Part shown: positions 39,587 through 50,284 of the stretch, in pieces
Numbering within the stretch: the first letter of the stretch is position 1
Layout: every line of letters begins with the position of its first letter
Source: Candidatus Solibacter usitatus
GTDB taxonomy: Bacteria; Acidobacteriota; Terriglobia; Bryobacterales; Bryobacteraceae
Reading direction: 5' to 3'
Length of the DNA stretch: 64,000 nt
Assembly: GCA_016213245.1 (NCBI GenBank)
Contig: JACRBC010000136.1
Coordinates: 670-64,669 of the forward strand
Notes under the pieces: generated by a model
The model's database searches: none
The model's input: only the letters and a program-made list of their open reading frames with translations
Told to the model about the DNA's origin: nothing
Program-made: the position numbers and the translations under genes

Positions 39587-42500
39587 ATGCGAATTAGTCG
39601 CTGGGTCATCTGTATCCTGGTGGTGCTTGCGGCGCTGATCCCCTGCGCCCAAGCCCAGGAGGTTCGGGCCACGATTGTGGGCGCTGTGACGGATTCGTCG
39701 GATGCGGCGGTTCCAGGCGCCACGGTGAAGGTGACCAACCTGGAGAGGAACACGACGGTCACGGTGGAATCGAACGCATCGGGCAGTTTCATTACACCCT
39801 TCCTCACGCCGGGCACCTACCGGCTGGAGATAGAGGCGAAGGGCTTCCAGAAGTACGTACGCGACAACATGACGCTCCAGGCGCAAGAGAGAGCGCGCCT
39901 GGACGTGAAGCTGACGCTGGGCGAACTGACGCAGAGCGTGATGGTGACCGGGTCGGCGACGCAACTGGAGACCGAGACGGCGAGCCGCTCGCAGGTTGTG
40001 GCCAGCGAGATTATCGCCAACCTGCCGACACAGGGGCGCAATCCGTTCCAGATCGCATGGGCGGCGTCGGGCGTGGTGAAGAGCGGAGCGTGGCGCTATC
40101 TGCGGTCGTTCGACATCGCTGGCACGACCGGCATTTCGATCAACGGCGGCCGCGAGGGCCAGAACGAGGTCCTGCTGGACGGCATCAGCAACGTGCGTGC
40201 GGAGTGGACGGTGATCAGCATCCCGACGACTGAATCCGTGCAGGAGTTCAAGGTGCAGGCGAGCACGTTCGATGCGCAGTATGGGCGCACGTCGGGCGGC
40301 GTGATCACGATCGTGACCAAAGGCGGCGGCAACGCGTTCCATGGCACGGCGTTCGAGTACTTCCAGAACGACAAGCTGAACGCCAACCAGAGCGAGCTGA
40401 ACCAGCCGGCGACGGTGGCGGGGGTGTTTTACCCGAAGGGCCGCAAGCCGCCGAACCACATCAATCAATTCGGCGCGATGGGGTCTGGCCCGATCATCAT
40501 CCCGAAACTGTTTAACGGCAGGAACCGGGTGTTCTGGATGCTGTCGTGGGAGAGCATGCGGCAGCGTTCGGCCGACCCGGACGTGAAGACGTTCCCGATT
40601 CCGGAGATCCGGGGCGGGGACTTCAGCCAGTTGTTCAACGCGGCCGGTCAGCAGGTGCTGATCTACGATCCGACCACGACGATCGCCGATGGCACGCGGA
40701 CCCCGTTTGCGGGCAACAGGATTCCGTCCAGCAGGCTGGACCCGGTGGCGTTGAAGCTGCTGACTTTCTATCCGCAGCCGTCGGCACAGGGCACCGGCCC
40801 GGCGCGGATCAACAACTATCCGTATCCGTCGATGTGGCGGGCGAGCTTCGACCAGTTCGTGGGCCGCACGGACGTGGTGGTGAATTCGAAGAACAACGTG
40901 TTCTTCCGCTACAACGAGAACCCGTTCTCGGAGTACCGGGCGATCGTTTTCGGGCTGGGCAATCAGGCGGAGCCGTCGGGCAACACGCCGTTGCTGCGCA
41001 ACGGCCGCAACGTGATGATGAACTGGACCTCGACGCTGACGCCGACCATGACGTTCGACTTGAGAGCGGGACTGAACCGCTGGGAAGATGCGGGCGGCAG
41101 CACCATCGGCGCGGGCTACGACCCCAAGCAACTGGGATTCGACCCGGCGCTGGTGGCGCAGTACAAGGCCTATCAGTTCCCGTACATCGGTCTGGAGGGC
41201 TACCAGAACATCGGTTCGAATGCGGTGAGCCCGGGCATCCGCGACACCTATAGCGCACAGCCGAACCTGAACAAGGTGATGGGGCGGCACTTCCTGAAAA
41301 TGGGCGCGGAGGTCAGGCAGTATAACCGCGCCAACTACGGCGGCGGCTACCCGTCGGGCATCTTCTCGTTCAACAAGAACTGGACGCAGGCGGTGTCCAA
41401 TCGCGCGGACGCCGTTTCCGGCAACTCGCTGGCGACCTTCCTGCTCGGGTATCCCAGCGGGGCGTCCGTGCAGAAGAACATCGATCCTTACTACCGGCAC
41501 TATTACTATGCCGGTTTCTTCCACGACGACTGGAAGATCACGCCGAAGTTGAGCATCAACATGGGCCTGCGGTGGGACGCCGAATCGGGCAACGTGGAAC
41601 GCTTTAACCGCATGGTGAATGGGCTCGACTTCAACGCGGCCAGCCCGATTGCGAACCGGGTGACGGGACTGAAGTTGACGGGCGCGGTGGTGTTCGCGGG
41701 CCTGAGCGGCGCGCCGCAGGCGCTCATCGACACCCCAAGGAACAACTGGCAGCCGCGCGTAGGCGCCGCCTACCGGTTGGGCGACGCGTGGGTAGTGCGT
41801 GGCGGCTACGGCCTGTATTACATGGGCGAGGACCAGTTGGGCTCCAGCAACGGGTTCAGCCGGCAGACCGACGCCGTGGTGTCCAGCGATGGCCTGACGC
41901 CCTATCCCGGCATGAAGACGGCGAATCCGTTCGTGGCGTTGCCGGGCGGCAAACTGCTCGACCCGGTGGGCTCCTCGCTGGGCGCGAGCAGCTTCCTGGG
42001 TGAAGGCGTCACGGCCTTCATGCGGGACCGGGCGCTGCCGCATGTCCACACCTATTCCTTCGACATCCAGAGGCAGTTGAAGGGTTCCGTGCTGCTGGAG
42101 GTGGGCTACGCGGGCAACACCGCGCGGCGGCTTCCGATCAACGGCCTGCAACTGAACTATGTTCCAACCAGCGAACTGGGCAAACGCACCTCCACGGGTG
42201 TGATCGACAACGCCTACTACACGGCGCTGGTGCCGAACCCGATGGCGGGGCTCATTCCCAACAATGCGGCCCTGAATGGCGCGACCATCCAGCGGCAGAT
42301 CCTGTGGCGATCCTACCCGCAATATGGCAGCGTCTCCATGAACTCCGTCCCGACGGGCAGCGCGCAGTTTCATGGCGTGAACTTCAAGGTGACCAAGCGC
42401 ATGTCGAACGGGCTGAGCTTCCTGTCCAGCTACGGCATCGGCAAGAACCTGAGGCAGACCCGGATCCTGAACCAGCAGGACTTCACGCTGGCCGGTTGGG

Positions 42501-43081
42501 GCAACACCGTTCGGGTGAAGGAGCCCGACCAAAATATCGACACGCCGCAGAAGTTCGTCATCGCGGGCATCTACGAGCTGCCTTTCGGCAAAGGCAAGAA
42601 GTGGGCGACCGGCGCCTCCGGCTTCATGAACCAGTTGATCGGCGGCTGGCAGATCAACTACGACGTGACTTACCAGAAGGGCTGGGTGGTGGATTACCCG
42701 AACGCGCCGCAGAACGCGCCGGGCAGCGCGAAGCTGGACAACCCGACGCGGACGCAGGTGTTCAACACGTCGCTGTGGAAGACCGCTTCCGGGACGCCTG
42801 TGGCGACCCAGGAGGCGTTCACGCTGCGCACCTTCCCCTACCTCTTCAGCGACGTGCGCCGCCCGGCCTACAAGAACTGGGACGCGTCGCTGTCGAAGAT
42901 CTTCCCCATCCACGAAGAGATCCGGCTGCAGTTCCGCTTCGAGATGGTGAACATGATGAACCATCCGTGGTTTGCCAATGTGGCTTCCACCGACGTGACC
43001 AACGCCGCGTTCGGACGGTTGAGCCCGACGCAGAGCAACCTGCCGCGGTTCATCAAGCTGGCGATGCACCTGACGTTCTAG
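39587..43081 (+). CDS. TonB-dependent receptor with carboxypeptidase-regulatory-like domain
   Basis: Signal peptide, GAVTDSSDAAVPGATV, ESVQEFKV...AQYGRTSGG, FFHDDWKI, NNWQPRVG, C-terminal Phe; AAGGAG RBS. Confidence 0.95.
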   Translation: MRISRWVICILVVLAALIPCAQAQEVRATIVGAVTDSSDAAVPGATVKVTNLERNTTVTVESNASGSFITPFLTPGTYRLEIEAKGFQKYVRDNMTLQAQERARLDVKLTLGELTQSVMVTGSATQLETETASRSQVVASEIIANLPTQGRNPFQIAWAASGVVKSGAWRYLRSFDIAGTTGISINGGREGQNEVLLDGISNVRAEWTVISIPTTESVQEFKVQASTFDAQYGRTSGGVITIVTKGGGNAFHGTAFEYFQNDKLNANQSELNQPATVAGVFYPKGRKPPNHINQFGAMGSGPIIIPKLFNGRNRVFWMLSWESMRQRSADPDVKTFPIPEIRGGDFSQLFNAAGQQVLIYDPTTTIADGTRTPFAGNRIPSSRLDPVALKLLTFYPQPSAQGTGPARINNYPYPSMWRASFDQFVGRTDVVVNSKNNVFFRYNENPFSEYRAIVFGLGNQAEPSGNTPLLRNGRNVMMNWTSTLTPTMTFDLRAGLNRWEDAGGSTIGAGYDPKQLGFDPALVAQYKAYQFPYIGLEGYQNIGSNAVSPGIRDTYSAQPNLNKVMGRHFLKMGAEVRQYNRANYGGGYPSGIFSFNKNWTQAVSNRADAVSGNSLATFLLGYPSGASVQKNIDPYYRHYYYAGFFHDDWKITPKLSINMGLRWDAESGNVERFNRMVNGLDFNAASPIANRVTGLKLTGAVVFAGLSGAPQALIDTPRNNWQPRVGAAYRLGDAWVVRGGYGLYYMGEDQLGSSNGFSRQTDAVVSSDGLTPYPGMKTANPFVALPGGKLLDPVGSSLGASSFLGEGVTAFMRDRALPHVHTYSFDIQRQLKGSVLLEVGYAGNTARRLPINGLQLNYVPTSELGKRTSTGVIDNAYYTALVPNPMAGLIPNNAALNGATIQRQILWRSYPQYGSVSMNSVPTGSAQFHGVNFKVTKRMSNGLSFLSSYGIGKNLRQTRILNQQDFTLAGWGNTVRVKEPDQNIDTPQKFVIAGIYELPFGKGKKWATGASGFMNQLIGGWQINYDVTYQKGWVVDYPNAPQNAPGSAKLDNPTRTQVFNTSLWKTASGTPVATQEAFTLRTFPYLFSDVRRPAYKNWDASLSKIFPIHEEIRLQFRFEMVNMMNHPWFANVASTDVTNAAFGRLSPTQSNLPRFIKLAMHLTF

Positions 43082-43094
43082 TTCACTCAGGACT

Positions 43095-43139
43095 GGCTGA
43101 TGAAGGGGAGGCCGCACCGCGGCCTCCCCTTCATCAGCC
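43095..43139 (+). terminator. Perfect 21-bp stem-loop after the TonB receptor (terminator or mRNA stabiliser)
   Basis: GGCTGATGAAGGGGAGGCCGC-ACC-GCGGCCTCCCCTTCATCAGCC; only a weak, displaced T-run follows. Confidence 0.65.
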
Positions 43140-43176
43140 CTACTCCAGTTTTCAGCTCTATGGTAGTGTGCCCGGT

Positions 43177-44574
43177 ATGGGACTTTCACGCAGAGCATTT
43201 GCCGCCGCGCTCACCGCCGCGCCGTATGTGCGGGCCGCGGGCGCCCTGCGGGCCGGCGCGGCGACGGCCAACATCTCGCCGGCGCTGGGCGCGTCGCTGG
43301 CCGGCTTCATGACGGACCGCGCGGCCGCCGAGGTGCACGATGAGCTGCTGGTGCGATGTGCGGCGCTGGAGTCCGGTTCGACGCGTCTGCTGCTGGCGAC
43401 CATCGACTCCTGCATGGTCCCGAGGACGGTTCTGGACCGCGCGCGAGCGCGCATCGCCAGGGAAAACTCCGTGGAGCCGGCGTGCATCCTGATGAGTTCG
43501 ACGCACTCGCACAGCGCGCCGCCGGCGATGCACCTGTTCCAGAGCCTGCCCGACGACAAGTACGCCGGCCTGCTCGAGCAGCGGCTGGGCGATGCCGCGC
43601 GGATGGCCTTCCGGCGGCTGAGGCCGGCGCGCGTAGGCGCGGCGGCAGGCAGGGAGCCGGCGCTCGTCTTCAACCGCCGCTACTTCATGCGCGAGGGCTC
43701 GATTCCCGCCGACCCGTTCGGACGGACGACGGACAAGGTGCAAATGAACCCGCCGGCGCAGAGCGCCAACATCCTGCGCCCGGCCGGGCCGGTCGACCCG
43801 GAGCATGCGCTGATCGCCGCGGTGGGCGAGGACGGGCGGCCCATCTGGGTCTACGGCAACTACGCCCTCCACTACGCGGGCTTCAATCCGCCGGACCACG
43901 CCAGCGCGGACTACTTCGGCGCCTGGGCGCGCCGCCTGGAGCGCGAGGCCGGCGGCGAGTGCGCCGCCCTGTTGAGCAACGGCTGCTCGGCCAACGTCAA
44001 CGGCATCGACTTCACCCGCGCCATGCCCGCCGGGCGCGACTACACCGTGATCGAGCGGACGGCCGCCGCTCTGGCCGCCGAATCGCTACGTGTGCTGAAG
44101 GCGATTCGGTTCAGCGATGCGGCGGCGCTCGGCGGCGCGATGGAGGAAGTGGAACTCTCCACGCGGCGGCCATCGGCGGACGAACTGGCCGAGGCGGTGA
44201 AACTGGTGGGCGCCTCGCCCGCCAACAACCACCGGGAACGGCGGTTGATCTATGCGCGCGAGACCGTGTTCGTGGCGAAATTCCCCGCCGCCGTGAGAGC
44301 GCCCGTGCAGGGCTTGCGCATCGGCGACGCCGGCATCGGCGCGTTTCCGGGCGAGACGTTCGTCGAGCTGGGGCTCCACGTAAAGAAGGCCAGCGGCTTC
44401 CGGACCACGCTCGCCGTCTCCATCGCCAACGACGCCTGCGGCTACATACCCACCGCGGAAGCGTTTGAGGCCGGCGGCTACGAGACCTGGCGGGCCAAGA
44501 CGAGCTACCTGGAGACCCGGGCGGCGGAGAAGCTCACCTCGGGAGTGGTCCGGGCCCTGGCGCGCGTGGGATGA
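43177..44574 (+). CDS. Neutral/alkaline ceramidase-like amidohydrolase
   Basis: AGAATANISP, VHDELLVR, STHSHSAP, GPVDP, NYALH, SADY, PGETF, GYIPT; RR leader from ATG 43177. Confidence 0.8.
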   Translation: MGLSRRAFAAALTAAPYVRAAGALRAGAATANISPALGASLAGFMTDRAAAEVHDELLVRCAALESGSTRLLLATIDSCMVPRTVLDRARARIARENSVEPACILMSSTHSHSAPPAMHLFQSLPDDKYAGLLEQRLGDAARMAFRRLRPARVGAAAGREPALVFNRRYFMREGSIPADPFGRTTDKVQMNPPAQSANILRPAGPVDPEHALIAAVGEDGRPIWVYGNYALHYAGFNPPDHASADYFGAWARRLEREAGGECAALLSNGCSANVNGIDFTRAMPAGRDYTVIERTAAALAAESLRVLKAIRFSDAAALGGAMEEVELSTRRPSADELAEAVKLVGASPANNHRERRLIYARETVFVAKFPAAVRAPVQGLRIGDAGIGAFPGETFVELGLHVKKASGFRTTLAVSIANDACGYIPTAEAFEAGGYETWRAKTSYLETRAAEKLTSGVVRALARVG

Positions 44575-44616
44575 AGCCGGGTGGCTTGTTAGAATAGGGC
44601 CGATCCTCGTCTTTCC

Positions 44617-45834
44617 ATGAAGTTCCTCGCGCTGGCCTGCCTATTGTCGTCCCCGTTGGCCGCTCAGCAGGCGTTGACCTTGGACGAGGCGGTATCCACC
44701 GCGCTGGCCGGTCATCCGCTGCTGGCCGAGGGGCGGCAGAGGGTGGCGTCGGCGCGGGGACAGTCCACGCAGGCAGGTCTGACCCTGAATCCAAGGCTGG
44801 TCTTGCAGTCGGAAAACCTCCGGCCGCCCGGATCCACGCCGTACGTCCTTGGGCGCGACACCGACATCTTCGCCTACCTGCAGCAGACGATGGAGACCGC
44901 GGGCAAGCGCGGCAAGCGGGTGGAACTGGCGTCGCACGGATTGAGGCGCGCCGAGTTCGAAGTCGAAATCCTCCGCCGCCAGGTGGCGCTGCGCGTGCGA
45001 CATGCCTACTGGGCGGCGGCGGGCATGGCACGCATCCACGAACTGCTGGTGGAAAACCAGCGCAACTTCCAGCAGATCGTGGAGTATCACGAAATCCGCG
45101 TGCGCGAGGGCGCCATGGCGGAGAGCGACCTGCTGCGGGTGCGGCTGGAGGCCGATCGCATCGCGCTGGCGGCCAACAACGCCAAACTCGAGGCGGACAG
45201 GGCGAGGATCCAGTTGTACCGCGAGATGGGACAAATGGCCTTTCCCGAGGCGAGGCTGGCGGACCCGCTGGAGTTGAAGGAGGACCGGCTGCTGGCCGCC
45301 GATGCCGAAGAGGCGCTGCGCAAGCGGCCGGAGTTGCAGTACGCCCGCGCGCAGTTGGAGCAGACGCGCGCCAACCTCGTGCTGCAACAGGCCAACGCCC
45401 GTCCGAACTACGAGGTCGTCTTCGGATACAAGCGGACGGCGGGTCTGGACACGGTGCTGGGCGGTGTCCAAGCCGACCTGCCCTTCCGCAATCGCAACCA
45501 GGGCGCGATTGAATCGGCGCACGCCGAGATCAAAGCGGCCGAAGCGTCCGTTGCCGCGGCGGAGGCGATCATCCGCGCGGAGGTGTCGGCCGCCCGTGTG
45601 GAGTATGAGATGCGGCGCCGCCAGGTGACGGAGTTCCTCGGGCGCTTCCGGGCGCAGGCGGCCGAATCGTCGCGCATCGCGCAGGCGGCCTACCGGCTGG
45701 GCGGGGCGGACCTGCTGCGGCTGCTGGACGCCGAGCGGCTGCGAATCGAGATTGAACTGATCAACTTCCGGGCGATGATGGAGTACCGCCAGAGCATCGT
45801 CGCGCTGGAGAACGCCGTGGGGACGACGCCATGA
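44617..45834 (+). CDS. czcC: TolC-family outer membrane efflux protein (CzcC-like)
   Basis: Signal peptide, ETAGKRGKR, RNRNQG, AYRLGGADLLRLLDAER; first gene of RND operon. Confidence 0.85.
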   Translation: MKFLALACLLSSPLAAQQALTLDEAVSTALAGHPLLAEGRQRVASARGQSTQAGLTLNPRLVLQSENLRPPGSTPYVLGRDTDIFAYLQQTMETAGKRGKRVELASHGLRRAEFEVEILRRQVALRVRHAYWAAAGMARIHELLVENQRNFQQIVEYHEIRVREGAMAESDLLRVRLEADRIALAANNAKLEADRARIQLYREMGQMAFPEARLADPLELKEDRLLAADAEEALRKRPELQYARAQLEQTRANLVLQQANARPNYEVVFGYKRTAGLDTVLGGVQADLPFRNRNQGAIESAHAEIKAAEASVAAAEAIIRAEVSAARVEYEMRRRQVTEFLGRFRAQAAESSRIAQAAYRLGGADLLRLLDAERLRIEIELINFRAMMEYRQSIVALENAVGTTP

Positions 45835-47057
45835 AATGGATCGCCGGTTCGGCCGTGATGCTGACGCTCCTTCTTGCCGGGTGTGCCAAGGCCCCGGCGC
45901 CGGGGCCCGGCCCAGAGACGAAAAAGCGCACGGGCGGTGAGGAGACGAAACTCGTCGAACTCGACGCGGCCTCCATGAAAGAGGTGACGTTGAAGGTCTC
46001 CGCGGCGATCCAGCGCAGCATCCCCATCACCATCCGTGCCAGCGGACGGCTGGCGACGAATGAAAACACCACCTGGCGTGTCGGCGCCATCACCGACGGC
46101 CGCATCGTGCGCGTGGAGGTCAAGGTTGGGGACCGCGTGGAAAAGGGCCAGGTTCTCGCCCGCATGCACAGCCACGATATCCACGAATCGCGCGCGCTCT
46201 ACAGAAAGTCGATGGGAGACTTCAACCGGCTGCAGGGCAGCCTCGGCTTCGCGCAGAAGCAGCGGGACCGCGTGCGGCGCCTCTTCGAGATGAAAGCGGC
46301 CAGCCAGGAGCAGGTGGAGCAGGCGGAGAACGAACTGCGCACGGCGCAGACGGCGCTGGACAACGCCGCCATCGAGGTCAACCGCACCAGGCTGCACCTG
46401 GTGGAGTTCCTGCAGATTCCCGTCGAGGGCTCGCAGGAGAAAGAGCACGAGGCGAGCGCGGAAGAGCACATCGAAGACCTGATCCCGATCCGCGCGCCGG
46501 CGTCGGGCATCGTGCTGGTTCGCGGCATCACGCCGGGCGCGGTGGTGACGGCGTCGAGCGATCTCTTTACCATCTGCGACCTCTCCACCATCTGGGCCAT
46601 CGCAGCGGTACAGGAGGAACACCTGTCCCGGCTGCACGCCGGAATGGCCGCTCACATCCAGGTACAGGCTTACCCGGAGCGCTCCTTCGCCGGGCGCGTG
46701 GTGAAGATCGACGAGAAGCTGGACGCCCAGACGCGCACGGTGTCGGTGCGCGTGGAATCGGACAACCGCGCGGGGCTGTTGAAACCGGAGATGTACGCCA
46801 CCGTCGAACTTGAGGCCGGCGGCAGCGAGCCGGCGCTGTTCGTGCCGCAGGTCGCCGTCCAGGACGTCAACGGGCAGGCGACTGTCTTCGTGGAGCGCCA
46901 GCCGGGCAGGTATCAGCCGCACCCGGTGGAGCTGGGCCGCACGCTGGAGGGCCTGGTCCAGGTGCTGCGCGGCCTGCCGCCGGGCGCGCGCGTGGTGGGC
47001 GAGGGCAGCTTCATCCTCAAGTCGCAGTTGCTGAAGTCGTCGCTGGCCGAGGAGTAG
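45831..47057 (+). CDS. czcB: RND efflux periplasmic adaptor (CzcB-like lipoprotein)
   Basis: LAGC lipobox, VGDRVEKGQVL, IRAPASG, TRTVSVR, LKPEMY. Confidence 0.88.
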   Translation: MKWIAGSAVMLTLLLAGCAKAPAPGPGPETKKRTGGEETKLVELDAASMKEVTLKVSAAIQRSIPITIRASGRLATNENTTWRVGAITDGRIVRVEVKVGDRVEKGQVLARMHSHDIHESRALYRKSMGDFNRLQGSLGFAQKQRDRVRRLFEMKAASQEQVEQAENELRTAQTALDNAAIEVNRTRLHLVEFLQIPVEGSQEKEHEASAEEHIEDLIPIRAPASGIVLVRGITPGAVVTASSDLFTICDLSTIWAIAAVQEEHLSRLHAGMAAHIQVQAYPERSFAGRVVKIDEKLDAQTRTVSVRVESDNRAGLLKPEMYATVELEAGGSEPALFVPQVAVQDVNGQATVFVERQPGRYQPHPVELGRTLEGLVQVLRGLPPGARVVGEGSFILKSQLLKSSLAEE

Positions 47058-47066
47058 ACGCACTCC

Positions 47067-50000
47067 ATGCTGCAACGCATCATCGATTTCCACCTGAAGC
47101 AGCGGCTGATCGTGCTGCTGGGCGTGATCCTCCTCATCGTGGCCGGCGTGGCCACGATGATGCAGATCCCCGTCGATGCATTCCCCGACTTGACCAACAA
47201 CCAGGTGGTGGTGGTGACCGAGTGCCCGTCGATGGCGCCCGGCGAGGTGGAGCAGTTGGTGACGTTCCCCATCGAGTCGGCGCTCATGGGAATCCCGCGC
47301 ACCGAGGGGATCCGGTCCATCTCGAAATTCGGGTTGTCGATGGTGACGCTCATCTTCGACGACGGCGTCAATACGTGGTTCGCGCGGCAACTGGTGAACG
47401 AAAGGCTGCAGGAGGTCAGGGCCCGGCTGCCCGAGGGGCTCGACCCGTCGCTGGGCCCCATGGCGACGGCGTTCGGCGAAGTCTACCAGTACACGGTGGA
47501 GGGCCAAGGCTACACGCCGATGGACCTGAAGACCATCCACGACTGGCAGATCCGCTTTGCGCTGCGCACCGTGCCGGGCGTCAACGAGGTGAACGGTTGG
47601 GGCGGGGAAACCAAGCAGTACACGGTGGAGGTGGACCCGGTCAGGCTGCAGCGCTACGGCGTGAGCCTGCGCGACGTCTTCGATCGCGTGAAGGAGAACA
47701 ACTCCAATTTCGGCGGCGGCTTCATCGAGCACGCCATGGAGCAGTACACCGTCCGCGGCCTGGGCCGCACGCAGAGTGCGGCGGATCTCGGCAGGATCGT
47801 GGTGCTGGCGCGCGCCGGCACGCCGGTTCTTCTGCGGGATCTGGCGGAAATCAAGCTGAAACCCATGCAGCGGCAGGGCGCGACGCTGAGGGACGGCAAG
47901 GGCGAAACGGTCAGCGGCATGGCCATCATGCTGAAGGGCGAGAACGGCAAGCGCGTCATCGAACGCGTCAAGGCGAAGTTCGCCTCGCTGCGCCTGCCGG
48001 AGGGCGTGAAGGTCGTGCCCTTCTACGACCAGAGCACGGTGATCGACGGCACCATTGGCACCGTCACCAGGGCGCTGGTGGAAGGCGGGCTGCTCGTTCT
48101 GGTGGTCCTCATCGTCTTCCTGAAGGACATCCGGGCGGCGTTGATCGTGGCGGCGGTGATCCCGCTGTCCATGCTCTTCGGCTTCATGGGCATGGCACTG
48201 TTCGGCGTCTCGGCCAACCTGATGAGCCTGGGCGCCATCGACTTCGGCATGATCGTCGACGGCTCGGTGGTGATGATGGAAAACTCCGTGCGGCGGCTGC
48301 AGAGGCGCCCCGGCGATACGCGGGAGTTTCACCCCACCGAGCGCGTGCGGGTCGCCGCCCATGAAGTCGCCCGTCCCATCGTCTTCGCCGTGGCCATCAT
48401 CATCGCCGTCTACATGCCGGTGTTCTTCCTGGAGGGGCTGGAAGGGCGCATGTTCCGGCCCATGGCCATCAGCGTCTGTTCGGCGCTGCTCGGCTCGTTG
48501 ATCCTGGCCCTGACCGTGGTGCCGGCGGCCACGGCGGTGCACCTGCGCAAGGGGGTCAAGGAGCACAAAGAGGCGTGGTTCAACTGGCTGCGGGACCGCT
48601 ACCTGCGGCTGCTGCATTGGGCGCTGCGCCGGCGCGTCCTGGTGGTCTCGGCCAGCGCGGTGGTGCTGGTGCTGAGCATCGGCTCGGTGGCCTTCATGGG
48701 CAGCGAATTCATGGCCCGGCTCGATGAAGGCTCCATCCTGGTGGAGACGCGCAAGCTGCCGGGGATCTCGCTCAGCGATTCGGTTGCCATGAGCAACCGC
48801 ATCGAAAGAATCATCGTCGGCTTTTCCGAAGTGACCGGCGTGGTGACCCGCATCGGGCGGCCCGACGTGGCCACCGAGGCGATGGGCATCAACCAGGGCG
48901 ACGTCTACGTGCTGCTCAAGCCGCGCGAGCAGTGGACGCGCTTCCACACCAAGGTGGAGCTCATCGATGCTCTGGACAAGGCGCTGAACGTGGTGCCGGG
49001 CGTGAACTTCAACTTCACCCAGCCCATGGCCATGCGGCTGGACGAGACCATCTCCGGCATCAAGGCCGACGTGGCGGTGAAGATCTACGGCGAGGATCCG
49101 CAGGCGCTCGCGCAACTTGCAGAGCGGGCGCTGAGGTCGATCGGCGCCGTGCCGGGTGCGGCCGACCAGCAGATGGAGATCATCTCCGGCGTCGCCGAAC
49201 TACGCATCGAAATCGACCGCGACGCCCTGGCCCGCTACGGGCTGAACGTGAGCGACGTGCGTGACCTGATGGACGCCGCCATCGGCGGGAGGCAGGTGTC
49301 GGAGATGATCGAGGGCCAGCGCCGATTCGCCATCGTCGTGCGCCTGCCGGACCGCTACAGGAGCGACGACGAGGCGGTGCGCAACCTGATTCTGTTTGCT
49401 CCCGGAGGCGAGCGCGTCCCCTTGGGCAGCGTGGCGCGCGTGACCATGGCACGAGGGCCGGAGGTGATTTCGCGCGAAAACGGCCAGCGGCGCATCGTGG
49501 TGCAGTGCAACGTGCGCGGGCGCGACCTCGGAGGCTTTGTCAGCGAGGCCCAGCGGCGCATGGACGCGGATCTGAAACTGCCTGCCGGCTACTCGGTCGA
49601 CTGGGGTGGGCAGTTTGAAAACCAGCAGCGCGCCACGCGCCGCCTCATGCTGGTGGTGCCGGCCAGCATCGGCATTATCTTCGGACTGCTCTTTTTTACC
49701 TTCGGCAGTTCCAGGCAAGCGCTGCTGATTCTGACCAATGTTCCCTTCGCCATGGTGGGCGGCATCGGCGCGCTCTGGCTCCGCGGATTGAATCTCAGCA
49801 TCTCGGCCGGTATCGGCTTCATCGCCCTGTTCGGCGTGGCCGTGCTGAACGGCATCGTGCTGGTGGCCAGCATCAACCGGCTGCGCGAGCAGGGCATGCC
49901 CATGGAAGGGGCCTTGCTCTCTGGAGCCGCGCGCCGCCTGCGGCCGGTGCTCATGACCGCGCTGGTGGCCAGCCTTGGCTTCCTGCCGATGGCCGTCGCG

Positions 50001-50192
50001 ACCTCCACGGGCTCGGAGGTGCAGCGGCCGCTGGCCACCGTGGTCATCGGCGGGCTGATCACCTCCACGCTGCTGACTCTCTTCCTGCTGCCGCTGCTCT
50101 ATCCATGGTTCGCGTCGAAGACCGAAGACGACTTCGGACCTTACGAGGGAGACCCCCTGGTGCACCAGATCGAGGAAGAGAACGGCGATTAA
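47067..50192 (+). CDS. czcA: Heavy-metal efflux RND permease (CzcA/CusA family)
   Basis: DAFPD, NLMSLGAIDFGMIVDG, RLRPVLMTA, GSEVQRPLA. Confidence 0.95.
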   Translation: MLQRIIDFHLKQRLIVLLGVILLIVAGVATMMQIPVDAFPDLTNNQVVVVTECPSMAPGEVEQLVTFPIESALMGIPRTEGIRSISKFGLSMVTLIFDDGVNTWFARQLVNERLQEVRARLPEGLDPSLGPMATAFGEVYQYTVEGQGYTPMDLKTIHDWQIRFALRTVPGVNEVNGWGGETKQYTVEVDPVRLQRYGVSLRDVFDRVKENNSNFGGGFIEHAMEQYTVRGLGRTQSAADLGRIVVLARAGTPVLLRDLAEIKLKPMQRQGATLRDGKGETVSGMAIMLKGENGKRVIERVKAKFASLRLPEGVKVVPFYDQSTVIDGTIGTVTRALVEGGLLVLVVLIVFLKDIRAALIVAAVIPLSMLFGFMGMALFGVSANLMSLGAIDFGMIVDGSVVMMENSVRRLQRRPGDTREFHPTERVRVAAHEVARPIVFAVAIIIAVYMPVFFLEGLEGRMFRPMAISVCSALLGSLILALTVVPAATAVHLRKGVKEHKEAWFNWLRDRYLRLLHWALRRRVLVVSASAVVLVLSIGSVAFMGSEFMARLDEGSILVETRKLPGISLSDSVAMSNRIERIIVGFSEVTGVVTRIGRPDVATEAMGINQGDVYVLLKPREQWTRFHTKVELIDALDKALNVVPGVNFNFTQPMAMRLDETISGIKADVAVKIYGEDPQALAQLAERALRSIGAVPGAADQQMEIISGVAELRIEIDRDALARYGLNVSDVRDLMDAAIGGRQVSEMIEGQRRFAIVVRLPDRYRSDDEAVRNLILFAPGGERVPLGSVARVTMARGPEVISRENGQRRIVVQCNVRGRDLGGFVSEAQRRMDADLKLPAGYSVDWGGQFENQQRATRRLMLVVPASIGIIFGLLFFTFGSSRQALLILTNVPFAMVGGIGALWLRGLNLSISAGIGFIALFGVAVLNGIVLVASINRLREQGMPMEGALLSGAARRLRPVLMTALVASLGFLPMAVATSTGSEVQRPLATVVIGGLITSTLLTLFLLPLLYPWFASKTEDDFGPYEGDPLVHQIEEENGD

Positions 50193-50284
50193 TCTCCGCC
50201 ACCCCTTGACGCCGGAGGCAGGATTCAAGAGAGTAATCGGTGACCGGCGATGCGTTGGGCGCGGTCAGAAAGGGTTGAATCCAC

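Noticed and set aside
43095-43139. Long perfect hairpin as REP/MITE
   Set aside because: Only one copy seen in the window, right after a stop codon; best explained as terminator or stabiliser.
38921-43198. 1425-aa minus-strand ORF (likewise 45690..49115 and many others)
   Set aside because: Antisense frames of GC-rich, codon-biased real genes; no recognisable motifs.
44617-50192. CzcCBA-type pump as part of the NRPS metal system
   Set aside because: About 28 kb away, canonical, and no shared motif with the 6207-6230 palindrome was seen.
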